DNA of 64,000 nt from Phyllosticta citribraziliensis (lineage: Eukaryota). Under the pieces are notes generated by a model that worked only from the letters and a program-made list of their open reading frames with translations, was not told the origin of the DNA and made no database searches. This document shows, piece by piece, positions 1 to 13,698 of this stretch. The stretch is taken from positions 1,302,001 to 1,366,000 of the forward strand of contig NW_027117347.1 in the NCBI RefSeq assembly GCF_038025025.1. The letters are read 5' to 3'. The translations under genes and the position numbers were made by a program. Position 1 is the stretch's first letter. Each line of letters opens with the position of its first letter.

Positions 1-2067
1 AAAGAATCTCAGATTCTTGTCCATCGTGCTTGGCCTTGTAGATACGCTGCAGGATTTCAAGGCCCGCTGTGCGGAGGTGATGAGATGGTGATCCGAGACT
101 TTCGATGACGGAATTCGTGAGCGTGTCCAGGTCGTCCCCGTCAACATTGAAGCTTTTCTCATTGGACCTGAGGTACTTGAGAGCGGAATCAGCAAAGATT
201 GGGTAGTGCATCAAGACATTTGACGACCGAGCCAGAGCCCCCCAGAGCTCGTTGCTCTGTTGCTCTTGGCCTTGGTGTTCTGCGACATATTTGAACCCTG
301 CACCCACGCCAAAAAGCTGTTGGGCAGGCAGCTTGGGAGAAATTTGTCCCAGAGATGCCAGGAGCAACTGGTAAAGCTCATCGTATACGGCCCTTTCCGT
401 CTTTTCCTCTACTGACGTGGTCCGTATGACGTCCAAGAGTCCATTTGGCCGAGCCGCATCTTGTTCTAATGGTTCTTGCGATGTTTGAGAGAGATTCCTG
501 AAGGAGGCGATTATGCTTTCTTGCCATGCTGTAGGGCACGCGAGGGAGGAATTATAAAAGCAGCCTCGACCAGCGAGGCGAGGAATCAGTACGGCCAGTT
601 GGTCACCACACTCATTCCATCTCGAAAGGATAAACCTGCGTGATGTCAGCTACGGCCATAGATCTTAGCAAATGTAATTTACCTTTTGAAATGGGGCAAC
701 AATAAACTTTGGAACCTTTCTGTCCCCAAATCGGCAAAGAAATTGCAAAACACAAGGAAATACTCCTGCCACGGTCCACTGGTGATTTTGTCGAGGATGC
801 GTAAGTGCGGGATTGCCACGTCCATGGGAGAACATTGCAGGATAACTGCCAGAGCAATCAAGGCCTCAGACGCTAGCCCGGACCCTTGTGACAAGACTTG
901 TGACTCGACACGAGCAATGATTTGCGCCATGGCCTTCAAGACCGCGTCCCAGTCTTGGATCCGGGTTCCTTTTCTCACACCGACCACAATGAGGAGGATA
1001 CGAGCGGCGTTTTGCAATCCCGTGTGGCCTAGTTCTGGGGTGGATTGTTGTATGGTCTCGAGAATAACCTCCAGGATAGGACTGAACGTATGAGAATTGG
1101 TGTGGTGAATGACTGCTGTCAAAACTCCTTGCAAAACGTCCATGGCAGGGCTGTCGTCGGGAACCAAAGAATCACTCTTAGCGTTTTCGGGGGCGATCGC
1201 TTGGGACATCAACTCTTTGACAACGGCTGGACCGCTGGAATGCAAGCCATTTTGTACACCCTTTATGGACTCGACGAAGAGGGACATGAGACCCTTCTGG
1301 TACTGGTAGGTATCCTCACGTTGTGCCACCTCTTCAAGATCTCGGATTGCATGGGTGACAAATATCCTCAATGGTTCGATATCCCTATGATACGAGGCAC
1401 CCGCCTTCCTGACTAGAAAGCTCATTGACTCGGCGGCGAATCTTGTGACGAAATGCTTCTGGTGTTTTTTGCCCAGCATGGGCGCCATGAGGTCGTATAG
1501 CGGCCGCAGGTCTGACACGAGAAGCCGAGAAAGGTATTTGAACAGCCATGCCATGCACGTAAAGCTCCATTCAATGGCCTCGATCGCCTGGTGCTTCGAC
1601 GCGATGCGACACAACAGCTGGACTGCCTTTCCAAAGTGCCTCTCGAATCTGGCTCCCAAGTCGTGTGCGAAATGCGAAACCAGACTCAGCAGCGGCTCCA
1701 GAGACAGCTCATCCTCCTTCTCGATGTATGCGAAGAGCAGGTCCATTATGCGGTCCTCATGGTGGAGGATTTGCGGCAAGCTCTCGCAGAATGGAGAGAG
1801 CTCGCGAGAGAAGTTTTGGAAGGATTGCGAGAGGTTGAGGTCCTTCCATTCTTCGAACGAGTTTTTCAAGTAGGAGGTCGAGGCGGAGAGGTCTTCCTCG
1901 TCGAAATGGCGGCGGGTCGTTCTTCGGACGGGATCGATGGAGAGTTTCGCGATGCGTTGGGAGAAGGATTCGTAGTAGTGCTGGCGCGAGGATTCGGTGC
2001 CGCCCTTTTTCCTCTGCTTGAAGGCTTTGGGTGCCTTTTTGTCTTTTCCTCGCGACATGGCGGCCAT
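1..2067 (-). CDS. UTP20: U3 snoRNP / SSU processome HEAT-repeat protein Utp20, 5' part; runs off the window start
   Basis: ORF 679..2067 begins with Utp20-type N-terminal motifs (YESFSQRIAKLSIDP, W-x-DLNLS, SLPQILHH, EWSFTCMAWLFKYLSRLL). A GTAAAT...CAG intron at 636..682 with a GCTGAC branch site leads into a further exon that extends toward base 1. Confidence 0.9.
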
Positions 2068-2292
2068 GGTGTTTGTCGGAGAGGCGAATGTTTAAAAAAA
2101 AGTTCAAGGAAAGAGTCGGCCGCCGCTGCACAACGCCCGACGCGAAATCCTGGCTGTACCCTAGCGCTTGTCCTCTTTCGGCGCAAGGTCGGAGATCATG
2201 ACCACAGAGCTCCCAAGGCTGCTCAACCACCGCGACTCTACAACGCACTGGACAGGGCGCATCACTTCTTTTTGGTTTTCAGAGGCTAGCAG

Positions 2293-4066
2293 ATGGCCTC
2301 CAAAATGTGAGTTGGAAATGTTTCCGTGGTTCAGACCTCGTCGCCATATTTTTTGATTTTTCCACGATTCAAGCCCCAGTCTCCTGCCACTCCTCACTGT
2401 CCGCTTTTCTGATTTCAATCCTAGTGTTGTTGTGGGTGGTGTCAATGGCCAGTTCCCAGACGTCTTCAAGAAAATCGCAGGTCTCCACGCCAAAAACAGC
2501 TTTGCATTCGCGATCGTGGCTGGAGATCTCTTTTCAGACCCTCAATCCTTGACCGAGGAAGACGAGAAAAACATTGAAGATTTGATCAGCGGCAAGACTG
2601 AGGTCACGTTGCCGACTTACTTCACGCTCGGATCCAAGGCACTACCAAATAAGGTCGCAGAAAAACTGGACGCGTCTGCAGGAGAACTGTGCCCGAACCT
2701 CTACTTCCTCGGCAAGCGCAGCACTTTGAAAACCTCGGAAGGGATCCGTATTGTTGCTCTTGGAGGGAGGCTGGACCAAAACCTCGACAAGGCGACTTCC
2801 GACGACAAGTACACCCCCTCTTACAGCGAGCAAGACGCTCGAGTACTGCGGGGTGCCAGCACTGCCGATATCCTCATCACAGCCCAATGGCCCGCGGAGA
2901 TTCGCACAGGATCCAAAGTGGAATCCCAGCCTGATGGAGAGCAGCTTGAGCAAGCGTGCATATCAGACTTGGCCTCCAACCTCAAGCCACGCTACCACTT
3001 TTCCACTTCCGGCAACATCTTTTATGAGAGGGAGCCTTTCTTTCATGTTCCCACAGAGGACGCGCCGGACGGCTACAAGATTACGCGCTTCATCAGCCTG
3101 GCAAATTACGGCAACGCGAACAAGCAGAAATGGATATATGCGTTCAGCCTCGACCCTAACGCCGCACCACCAATCAGCATTCCTCCGGGAACCACGGCAT
3201 CGCCGCTTTCTTTTGCAAGCAAGAAAAGATCGTTGCCGAACCAAGAGACATCATATCGCTTCTCAACCAACGACGAAGGCGGAAGCCACCGTCGAAAGGG
3301 AAACAAGCGGCAACGGACGAAGCCCCTGGCACAAGGCGAATGCTTCTTCTGCCTCTCCAACGCCAACATCGCCACGCATCTAATCACGTCTATAGGCGAC
3401 GACGCCTACCTCACCACGGCCAAGGGCCCACTGAGTACAGCCTCGACATTCTCGCCGCACCTCAAATTCCCCAGCCACATGCTCATCATCCCTCTGAACC
3501 ACACGCCGACGCTCGCATCCATCGGCGAGCCCGAAAGCCGCAAGAGCGCCTACGACGAAATGCAGCGCTACCGCCGCGCCCTGCAGACCATGGTCAGCCG
3601 CCTCAGCAGCGGCAAGCTCGGCGCCGTGACGTGGGAAGTCAGCCGCGCAAGCGGCATCCACACGCACTGGCAATTCCTGCCCGTCCCCGTCGACCTGATC
3701 GCGCGCGGGCTCGTCGACGCCGCGTTCAAGGTGCAGGCGCAGAACGAGCAGTACCCCAAGTTCGAGAAGAAGGACGTCGGCGACGGGTTCGAGGAGGGCA
3801 ACGACTTCTTCCGTTTGCTCATTTGGAGCCCTCCTGGGGAGGGAGAGGACGAAGGGAGCGAAGGCAAGGAGACGAGTCTGATTTTGCCGCTGGATCCCAG
3901 TTTTCGGTTTGACCTGCAGTTTGGACGGCGGGTTCTGGCGAAGCTGCTCGGCCTGGAGAGTCGCGTCGATTGGCGCGATTGCGGGCAGAGCCATGAGGAT
4001 GAGGTTGGCGATGCAGAGGCTTTCAAGGCGGCGTTTAAGCCGTTTGACTTTTCCCTGGAGGAGTAG
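2293..4066 (+). CDS. CwfJ-domain protein, CWF19-like 1 / Drn1 family (pseudo-metallophosphoesterase N-terminus + CwfJ C-terminus)
   Basis: ATG at 2293 and intron 2307..2424 (GTGAGT...CTAG) give MASKIVVVGGVNG. Motifs include LKPRYHF, FYEREPF, TRFISLA, CFFCLSN, H-x-LIIPL-x-H, HTHWQ, DLQFGRRVLA and FK-x-FDF. Confidence 0.88.
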
Positions 4067-5722
4067 TTGGGGGGGTGCAACGATCTTGTGCTCAACACAT
4101 ACATACACAAAAAATAGCAGTCCCTCCAGCCATGTTGAGCATACAACCAACCCACCAAAACGAAACCGCAACCCCAAAACCGCATGACTCAACACCACCA
4201 CGGCAACCCTCAAACGCCCTCAAACCACTGAACACGCCCAAGCGCCCTCCTCCCCATCTATCTATCCCCACACTCCTTACCACCCCGCCCCCTAGTCCCA
4301 CACCCACCCACCCAATGCTCCTTCATTGAGCCATCATCTCCGCATCCCCCACCACCAAGCAGCAACCCAAATAACGATCACCACCGCTCGAGCCGCCGCC
4401 TATTCGTCAAACAACGCCGTCGGAGATTCGCTGCGTGCCTGGAAAACCAAGATGCGGAGGAGCGACATGGGGCAGTGGTTGAGGTGGACGACGAGGGTAA
4501 GGTGGGCCGGCGAAGGGCCGATTGCTGTAGCATAATTGTGAGAGAGAGTGTGTGCGTGAGGTGGTTGTTGTGTGTATGGAGAAAGTTGGCGGAAGGAAGG
4601 GTGGAGTGGTTCAAGATCATTGGTATGGATGTATAGGAGGAGGCGGAAGAGATAGTGGAGATGGTTGAGATGACAGGAACATGGGCTCTGCGCTTGGATA
4701 TATACCTACATATGATGATTTGGCAAGGAGGGAAGGGGAGTAAAAGGGAAGGATTTAAAAGAGCCACACGCGATAGTCTACCTGTGTATCCAGCTCCAAC
4801 AAGCCCGCTGTGCTCTACTCCTGATGTCAAGGCATGCTTAGTCTACAAAACAGCGCAGGCATGGAATGCCGCCAACAAGAACACCAACACGACAGAGCCA
4901 GCACCTGAAACCTCCAAAGACTCAATCAGGGAATGCATCTTGACTTCCGCAGGTAGATACACTACGCTAGGCTACGTTCCGGCACGCCACGCCCAAGAGC
5001 ACGCCGACGTCCACGTGCATGCTTCTCCGCATCACCGACCGCGCACGCAGTCGCATTTGAGGATCTCGTCCAGATAAAAGGAGTCCGTCTCTGCCTCCAG
5101 GCCATTCAATCCCACCCAGACAGCGTCAACGTCAGTCATGACAAGCGTACCATGCAGGAAAGCCCAACCAACAGCCACACCGCTCCGATGCTTGCTTCGT
5201 ACCGACAGAACGCGTCGGGCGCGCAAGTCGATTGACCGGCCAAGCCAGTCAAGCCACCAGAGACAGCTCATCGTCGAGCGCGAATTGGGAAGAGCGCGCA
5301 ATAAATGTGTGTTCGATGGACAAAAAGGAGGAAAAGAAAAAGGGGGGCGCAAGACGCCCAAACACCGCCTCGATTCTATATGCAGAGAGAAGAGGAGGAA
5401 GAAGGAAGCAAAACGCACAAAGAGGAGGCGGCGGAACGGTGAAAGAGAAAAGAGGCCGATGGAGCGTGTAAGTCGTGAAAAGGATTGGTTTTGGGCCAAT
5501 GCAAAAGTGGCTGAATCAGTCGGCTACAGCTGGGCCAACTTTTCTCGCTTGCTTGCTCGACTGCGAAGGGAGCACAAAGCAAGACGCAGGGTGAATGTAG
5601 CAGTGAAAGCCGTTTTGGCCAGAATCGTTCGGATGAAGAGCAGGAGGAGCATTTAGCTTCTACCCTCCCATTCTCTCCAATGACGGTACAAGTACGGTAA
5701 ATCAGGATGCCCGAGGGTGTCG

Positions 5723-7462
5723 TCACGAAGTGAGGTCTACGATGAATTCCCAATTGCCTGCAATATTGACAGTCAGCGTTCCATTCGCATCAGCAACCAG
5801 ATCATGGACAATGCTTACCAGCCTTCAAGTTTTCGGCCGTGTCGTTGAGGAGAATAATCCTTCGCCGTTTGCAATATGACGTCTTGTCCATCATCTCCAC
5901 CTTGAGCCCTGCCAGCTGGTCGACTGGCTTTTCAAACATCTCGGACAAGTTCTCCACGGCCATCTCGAGATCCTTCTGGTTGTCCTCGAAAATCGCGGTC
6001 AAGTTGTTGCGCGCGAGATAGTAGGCAAAAGCGTAGGTCCACTTAAGGGTCTGGCGGCACTGCTGCAGCACCTGCGAAGCCTGCTCCAAGAATTGGACCT
6101 CGATCCAGGACATGCCAGATGATGTTTGAAGCTGCGTCATCTTGCGCTCCGTCTTGAGGTAAATGTCCTTGTCGAGTTTGGCAGATTGCTCGTGGTTGGC
6201 GTAGCGGTTGTAGTAGTGCAGGTAGCGCTCAAGAGACTGCCGTGACTTTGCTTGGGCGTCGCGCGCTTCCGAGCCGCTCTTCTCCTCGTAGCGGTTGCAG
6301 TTGTACCAGCTGGTGCCATGCTCTGACCAAACACCCATGCACATCCAGCAGAACTCGTGGCGACACTTGCGGCACGTCATGTGGTTGCAGCCGCCATTCT
6401 TTTCTATAGTCGAGTGGCACCGGGGACACTCCTTGGTATTGGCAGAAATCCAGTTGGCCGTCTCCGAGTCATCTTCACACTTCTTGAGCCACTTCTTGAC
6501 AAGCGGGCAAGGTGCTGGCTGGTGGTCGTTGAGCGAGCAGCCGAAGCAGAACAGGTGGCTACAGTTGCAAACGACGGTGGGGACAATCCGGTGCAAGTCT
6601 CGTTGCTTGACGTGGCATTCGACGGCGAATTCGCAGTTCGGGGCTGGGCACCATTTGAGAATCTCCTTGTCGTCTACATATGTGCGCGTGAGGAGGACTT
6701 GGTACCTGTGGGTTGTTTGTCAGTGTATGCTTGGCAGGCATGGATGGACGAAAGTACCTGTCTTGGAGCTCTTCCGTTACCAGCAAGTCAAGAGACTTGG
6801 AGTCTACTATGCGGTTGCAGTCCTGACCTGGGCACTTTATGCGCGCCGCCTCGCCCTCGTCTTTTATCTTGGTGGTGAGATACTGGCGATAGCAGTCTAT
6901 GCAGAACCTGTGGCCACACTTCATGGCGAAAGTCTCCATGCTCGGATCATCGTCGACGTAGCACGACTCGCACATGAAGCCTTGCGGAGCCTTCTCGATT
7001 CTGCAACGCGTGGCGACCTCGTCTCCAAGCCCTGCCTCCTCCAGCAGCTCTTCCTGTTTGTCCATGTACTGCTCGATGACCCTCTCCTTGTTCCATCGCA
7101 TGTGCCGCAACAATATGGCCGTTGCTTCGGGCGGTTGTCCGAGGATCTGTGACACCTCGTCTATGGTCTTTTGCTGGTATTTCTGAATGTCGAGCGGGCT
7201 GAAGACTTTGAAGTCGACTTCATGCGAGTTCTTGGTCGGCTTGATGTCCTTGTCTTGGGTGTCGAAGGGGATGTCGGCATCTTCAATATCCATGTCCGAG
7301 TCTACCACCCACGTTGTGTTAGTTTGCTCCGGGTACTCGCCAGCCGTCGGGGAATAAAGAAAGCCTACCGTCCTCGTCGAGGCTCACGTCGCTGTCGTCA
7401 TTTTCCATAAAATCATCTTCGCTCGACTGCAAGCTGTTGAAGCCCTCCTCGTCGGAATCCAT
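5723..7462 (-). CDS. Ariadne-family RBR (RING1-IBR-RING2) E3 ubiquitin ligase (ARI1/HEL1-like)
   Basis: Acidic N-terminus MDSDEE, RING1 (CESC...CGHRFCIDCY...CP), IBR, RING2 (TKECPRCHSTIEKNGGCNHMTC) and Ariadne domain (RYLHYYNRY, TLKWTYAFAYY). Introns at 7302..7368, 6706..6757 and 5758..5818. Confidence 0.93.
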
Positions 7463-8091
7463 CGAGGGCGAGGCCGTGGTCAGAGGCGTGGCGGGGAGGG
7501 TTTGCTTGGCCAGGCGTGCGGCAGCGGCAGTCTCTGGCTTCTTGTTTGGACAGTCTGCCGCGTCGGTGTCGGTAGCCTTGCGCTTCTTGGAGAAGGAAGA
7601 CGTGGTGAGAGACAGGAGCCAACACCGCCGAGGTGACGGGTTGGCGCTCGGGGGGGTCAGGCGGGAAGAGGAAGAGAGGCGGAGGAGCGTGCAGCGGCTG
7701 TGGAGGTGCAAGGCGCGGAGGACGTAGGGGACGTGGGATGGTGGTGTGCAGCGAGGTGAGCGGATGGCTGGCGGGTTGTGCGTGCAGTCAGGTGGTGTCG
7801 TAGTTTTGGGCGCACCCAGGCAGGAGTTGGTCAGTCAGGCAGTAGGTCATCGCCGCTCCCTCGGGCGGAGGCGGCGCGGCCAACGCCCGGGCCGTCCAGT
7901 CTGCCACCCACCCGGACGGACTTCACTGCAGCTACATCACGGTCCCCGTGCACGCAAACCTTCAATTGACCTTTTTTTTGCATCTTTTTCGCCACCACAC
8001 CACGCTCCCGCCCACACGAGACCCGGAGCGGTGCTGCCGGCTCTCGCACGCGTCGAGCGGTGGGTCGCAGTCTATCTAATCTTGCCTACAG

Positions 8092-10417
8092 CTACTCGTC
8101 GTCGTCATCTTCGTCGTCGTCTTCCTCATCCTCGTCCTCGCTCTCGTCATCCGACTGCGCCAAGAAATCGATAAACTGCTGCGTCTTGCTTCGGACCTTT
8201 TTCATGGCCTCGCCGGCGCTCGACTTGTCGTCGGCCCACCACTGCTCAAACGCCTCGTCCTCAATCACGTCCATCTCGTACAGCTTCATCGACGCACAAA
8301 GCAGAATGCTGTCGCCCTCGTTGCGGTGCGACAGCTCGGCTTGCATCAGCAGCAAGAAGTCCACCTGGTCGACCTTGCTCGACGCATTCTTGTCGAACAT
8401 TGTCCTCTGCAGCAGCGTCTGGTGCGGACTTAGCACCTGGTCCGTGGCTTGCTTCACGCTAACGCTGCCACTCTGGATAACGTCCGAAATGCGTCTCAGC
8501 ATGGCGGTAACAACGGCGCGCCGCACTTGATGCTCAGATGCGTTTGTGCTCATCCGCAGCGATGCAAGCTCCAACTGTATGTTGGCCGTGTCATCCCCTT
8601 TGCGGAACGAATCCAGCAAACTCTCTGCCGCTTCGTGATCAAAGTTAGATGCATGGTGGCTCGACGCGTCCGAAGCAACAGACAAGAAGCTTCCTGATGC
8701 CGATCGGTCGTGGTGACCCATGCCTTCGTCCGTGAAGTCGGACTCTGAGTCGAGCGTCGAGATTGACTCGTCCGACAATGAAAGATGGGCAAGGCTGTAG
8801 ACTTGTACTTGTTAGCACCGACAAAGAAGCCCACCGCGGAGACTTACTTGACCGCTTTGGCACAAGGCCCTCGACAACCTCATCCTCCTCGTCATCATCC
8901 TCGTCAACAAACTCGACACCAATGCCGTCCTGACCGACGACCTTGGGATCCGAAGGCGCTCTTTCGACCTGTTCGCCTTCGTTTCGTTTTCTCTTTGCTG
9001 TGGTGAGTCTACTCGCGCTGTCCACCACCATCTCATTTGAGATGCGCACGCCGAACGAGACGAGAGCACCCGGCTCGACCCTGCAGCCCCTTCCCACATG
9101 CGCCTTGTCCGCAATGATGGCCTTTTTGATGACCGCATTGTCCTCAATGACGGCGCCGTCCCAGACGTAGGCCCCATCGATCGTAACGTTGTCCCCTATC
9201 TGGCATCCGCGGCCAATAACGCTGTTTGAAATGTGGCTGCCCTCTCCAATGCACGTGTCCATGCCTATCACAGTGCCGCGGTTGATGACGCTTGATCTGG
9301 ACAATATGACTCCTTGCTCCTTGTACACATTTCCTTTGTGGTAGCGGTACGTCTGGTCGGCCATGAGGTTGCTATCGGGACACAAGGGGTAGGCCCATCT
9401 CGAAATGACGTCTTGGGTCACGGCGTCGTAGGCCTGGAGGTTGCGCACGCGAGAAGCGTAGTGGTTGTCGACGATGTGGGTGTGGATGGTCTTGCCGTTG
9501 AGCTCGTAGTCTTTGAGCACGCTGTGCAAGAAACCGCGGCGGGGCGCTTGAAAATCGAAGTTATCGCTCCACAAGGCCAGCACATCGGGCGTGCAAATGT
9601 CAATCCCGCAATCAATCAAGTCGCTGCGGATCTCGATTTCGGCATTCTCTGCGATCAAGTCCGCCGCAATGTTGACGTGGTGCCGCTCCGAGTACTCGCG
9701 CGAGTGAATCTGCTCAAAGTGCAGGCAGCGGTCCTTGATTGGGTCGATGATGAAGACGGGGCTGGCTTCTTGCGCCTTGGTGCGGTGCTTCTCGCCCGCT
9801 TCCCGCAGCACCATGGTCATGATGGCGTTCTTGTCCTTCTCGCGCCGCGCCTTGTGTGCAGCCAAAGCGTCTTTGAGCGCCAGGTTGCTCACGACGTCGC
9901 CGTAGACTACCAAGAAGTCGCCGACCAGGAATCCGCGGTGGTCGAGGTCGCGCATCGCGTCTCCGACCGTGTGCGAGGTCGATCGGATGAGCTCCACCTT
10001 GGAGAACGGCGACGACGGCGCGTACCATTTCGATTCACTGCATAGCTTTCAGTCTAAGCCTGTTTCCTGGCGACAACCAGACAACGTACTGTATGTATTC
10101 CTCCAACAAGTCTGTATGCGCGCCGCAGTAGACAAAGACCTCTTCGACACCGGCGTTTGCGAGAAATTCAAACGTGTATTCGATGAGCGGCGTGTTCGCC
10201 AGCGTAAGAAGACACTAATGCGACACGCTTGTCAGAATGCCGTGCGCAGCAGAACGGCAGTGGCATTGGAGCAACATACCCTAGGCTTCTCGAGAGTTAG
10301 AGGGTAGAATTTTGGCTCGTAGCTGTCCGCCAGCACTACGGCCTGAAACGGCTCCTCGACTGTATCATCGCCACCGGATCGAGGCTTCTCGCTACCCTTT
10401 TTCGGTCTGGGAGCCAT
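8092..10417 (-). CDS. GCD6: Translation initiation factor eIF2B epsilon subunit
   Basis: QAVVLADSY...PLTLEKPR|CLL-x-LANTPLIEYTFEFLA across an intron (10215..10279), nucleotidyltransferase-like domain, hexapeptide beta-helix (VIGRGCQIGDNVTI) and a C-terminal W2 domain with acidic tail. Further introns lie near 10040-10088 and 8796-8848. Confidence 0.93.
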
Positions 10418-11390
10418 GGTTGGCGAGGCAGAGAGGTCGTCGCTCGCGGTGCGAATAATGTGAAGGTTGATGGCCGGGGTGGTGCCAACCGGCGGGGTCA
10501 GTGCGGCGGCGGGCATGACGAAAACAACAGTCGGTACCTTGCTGTGACTCCCAGGTCCACGCTGCTTCCTCGCTTCTCACCGTCTTCCTTGGCTCGTGGT
10601 GTCCGTGGCCGTTTTTGGATCTCGAGACATGAAAAGCTTCAGAGGTCACCTAGGGCGAGATTTATACTCGTCCCTGGCTATATTTGCATGCATGCTGACA
10701 TGTGATTTCTGATTTGACTGGTGGGATCCGTAGACAAATTCACACTTTGTTGAGGGCAGATCTGACACTGGTGCGAGAGACCACCACTATGAGCAACGCC
10801 ATTCATCAGATTCTAGTATATTTCACATTGTCCGAGAGACTAGAAGAGAAGGTCAGACTACCATACACCCCTTGCCGTCCTCTATCCCCCATGTCCTCCT
10901 TATGCATTGGACAGCCGCCTTCGCAACGTACACATTTTTGCCAGCTTCGGTACGTGCAAAGAGCAGCAGGCGGCATTAATAGCCAAAACCCTCCAGTGTG
11001 TGCACCAGCCACCACTGGGACGGCAACGAGACCTCGTTCGAGACTTCGAGAGGTCCTGCTCTTCAACTTGCCAAGCTCAGCTGGCCGCTCCTGGCGGCTC
11101 GGCACGAGATGGAGAGTTCATTTGTCAAATCGACGTTCTCCGAATCTCTTGATTCCATCACCACGACAGCTAAGGATGTGCGCGGCATTTTTGCACGTCT
11201 TGGATCCAGTTCGCTTTCACTTAATCTATGACTCTTGGATTGGCCGCACGGACGGCTTGAAAGATCTTGCCAGTCAGGATTCGAAGCAGGCCTGCAATTG
11301 GCCGAGACTCCACTAATGATGCGGAGAAACCCAAGATGTGGTCATTTAGCCTCTATGCACTGAGAAGAGCGCTTGAGATTGACCTTGGTA

Positions 11391-13698
11391 TCATCGAGGC
11401 CTTTGCATTGCGTTCATTGCCTGCGCCTGCATTTGTGGGTTGTACATTTGCTGTCGCTTGTTCGGGTTGTTCATTTCGTCTCCACCGGTGATTTCCGAAA
11501 TTTGACGCCGATGTTGTTGGCCGCCCTGTTGGCGCGCTCCCATGGGCATTTGAGGCGAAGTGTTGTACTGCATCCCCGCAGGCATCTGGGTCGGCACTCC
11601 GAAAGCAGTCGGGTGATGGGCGTGGACCGTGCTCATGTATTCCTCGGTGACGCTGCTTCCGACCGGTGAGACTCCAGGCATCTGGCTAGGGGAGTTCCAG
11701 TTGCTTCCAGTCGTGGGTGATTTGGAAGGGGAATCTTCGTCCTTGAGCGATGGCCGTCCCGAGCTATGCTGCAGCGCTGTCGGTGCTTGAACTGCCGGCG
11801 GAACCATGGCATCCATGCCGGCTGAGGGTTTCTTCAAATGGGCCAGATGCTTCTCAAGCATTAGAAGCAAGCCTTCTTTAGTAAACGGCTTGGGCAAGAC
11901 GTCGTTCATTCCTGTGTCAAGTCAGCGAGGCGTTTAGGCCAAGCCTCAAAATGAACATACCGTGTTGGAAGTACATGGAAATATCGTCGCTCCTGATGTT
12001 CGATGTCATGGCGATAATGGGGGTGGAGTCAAATTGGCGTATGAGATGGCATGCCGAGACACCGTCGAGGTTTGGCATGATGATGTCCATGAGAACCAGG
12101 TCATACTTTGAGCCTTGGTTCATCTTGTTAACAGCTTCCAATCCATCGAGCTAGTAATGATATCAGCAAACGCCCATCTCATCCACCAAGAGAGATCTTA
12201 CCGCGCTGTCAATCGCGCAATTGAACGCGTAGAGAAACTTGCTGCCAATTCTGCGACACGTCTGGTCATCTTCAACGAGCAGGATTTGGGGCTGCCTAAT
12301 CCACCCAGGGTCCACCTGCGCGCTCTTCTTCCGCTGCTCGGGAGCGCGATATCTCGATTCGGCGGTCGATTCCACGGGCTTTGATGGCAACGGATACGGA
12401 ATGTTGTGGATATGTTCGCTGTACATTGGGTCGATGCCATTGTTCTGGCCAACTGGGTAGACGAGGTTGTCAATGTCGCCGATGCGCATAGAAGTGGAAG
12501 AGCTGGCAGAATGGGGAGCTGCACCACGACTGGCTGGGCGCGTACCGTTGCGACTGAAGTCCGGGGGAGGAGTTGTCAGCGTGCCGTTCATACGCATGGC
12601 CAATTCGTTCATGTGCTCCAGGTTGCGCGGGTTGAGCATGACGTCGGCGTTGGTCTCACTGAGGAGCTTCGAGGCGTGCTGGAGTGGTGATGCTGGCGCG
12701 TCGTCATCTATGGCAGGGACTTGCTGGTTTGAAGGGTCCATGTTCCCGTTGTGCGTCCCACCGGCTCCATCAGGGAAGGGGTTCGAGGTGACCAAGCGGC
12801 TGTCCCGTCGTCTCTGGGCATCGACATTTTGCAAGTACTGCATCACACTCTGCATAATGTGCTCGTGGTTTACAATGGTCTTTTGCATGCCGACTAGTTC
12901 CTGGAGCAGCATCGAGTGGTGTATGCTCAGTTCGTTGTAGCGCTCCTGTAGCTGTTGAAGTTGCTGTTGCGTGGCGACGAGTTGCGTGTTGAACATGTCC
13001 ATCTGCTGCGTCGGGATGACGAGGTCTTCGGCAGTGTTGTTGGGTTTTCGAGGCGCTGGGGCTTTCCTCCGAATGTTGTCGAGGGCTTCTTTGTTGTTCA
13101 TTTTGAAATCAGGATGTTTGAATTCCCATGCCTATCCCACTAATCAGGTCGACTGTGACTGAGAGGGTTAAGTCTCGGGGCAATCAACTTACGCCTGCGC
13201 CGTACGGAGATTGCCCGTTTTCTTCATTGTTGTGCCGGACTTTGTGGAAGTCGTACTTGTTCAGTTGACGGACAAAACTAGCAAAGTTGCTGTGCTTGAA
13301 ATGCTTTGGGAGTATATGCTTTGTGAATTTTTCGTTCTGGATATGGTCAGTGGGACAGGTCCAGGGCGCGCAGTCGCAAGGCGCTCACCTCGAGCACAAC
13401 GAAGCTGTCGCCTTCGTTGCCCCATCTGACGACGCTTTCATCCTGGGGGCTCTCCAACATCCTGTAACCGAGGTCAATGGCTGGCCCGAGTGGACAGTGT
13501 ATTCCGGAAGGCATGCGTACTTGTAGAGCTTGCGAACCTGTTGCCGAACATCAGTAGACGAAGGCAGTGGTGTGCCGGGAGATCACTCACGAAGTCGCTC
13601 GAGTTGCTGGAGCCTCCTCCAGCGCCGCCCCCTCCACCACCACCGCCTGCGCCGGCACCATGGTGACTATTGCCGCCCTGCTGATTGCTCGAGTCCAT
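11391..13698 (-). CDS. SKN7: Stress response regulator Skn7/SrrA/Prr1 (HSF-type DNA-binding domain, coiled coil, receiver domain)
   Basis: Spliced HSF domain ([46 protein letters not shown]), a Gln-rich coiled coil and a receiver domain ([30 protein letters not shown]). Multiple short introns. Confidence 0.93.

Noticed and set aside
4075..5700. Several 70-170 aa ORFs between the CwfJ gene and the Ariadne gene
   Set aside because: They derive from CA-rich and AG-rich low-complexity sequence typical of convergent 3' UTRs. No domain or consistent splice pattern is visible.
10702..11316. 204-aa plus-strand ORF between GCD6 and SKN7
   Set aside because: Non-ATG start in the track, no recognisable motif, and it lies in promoter/3' UTR space.
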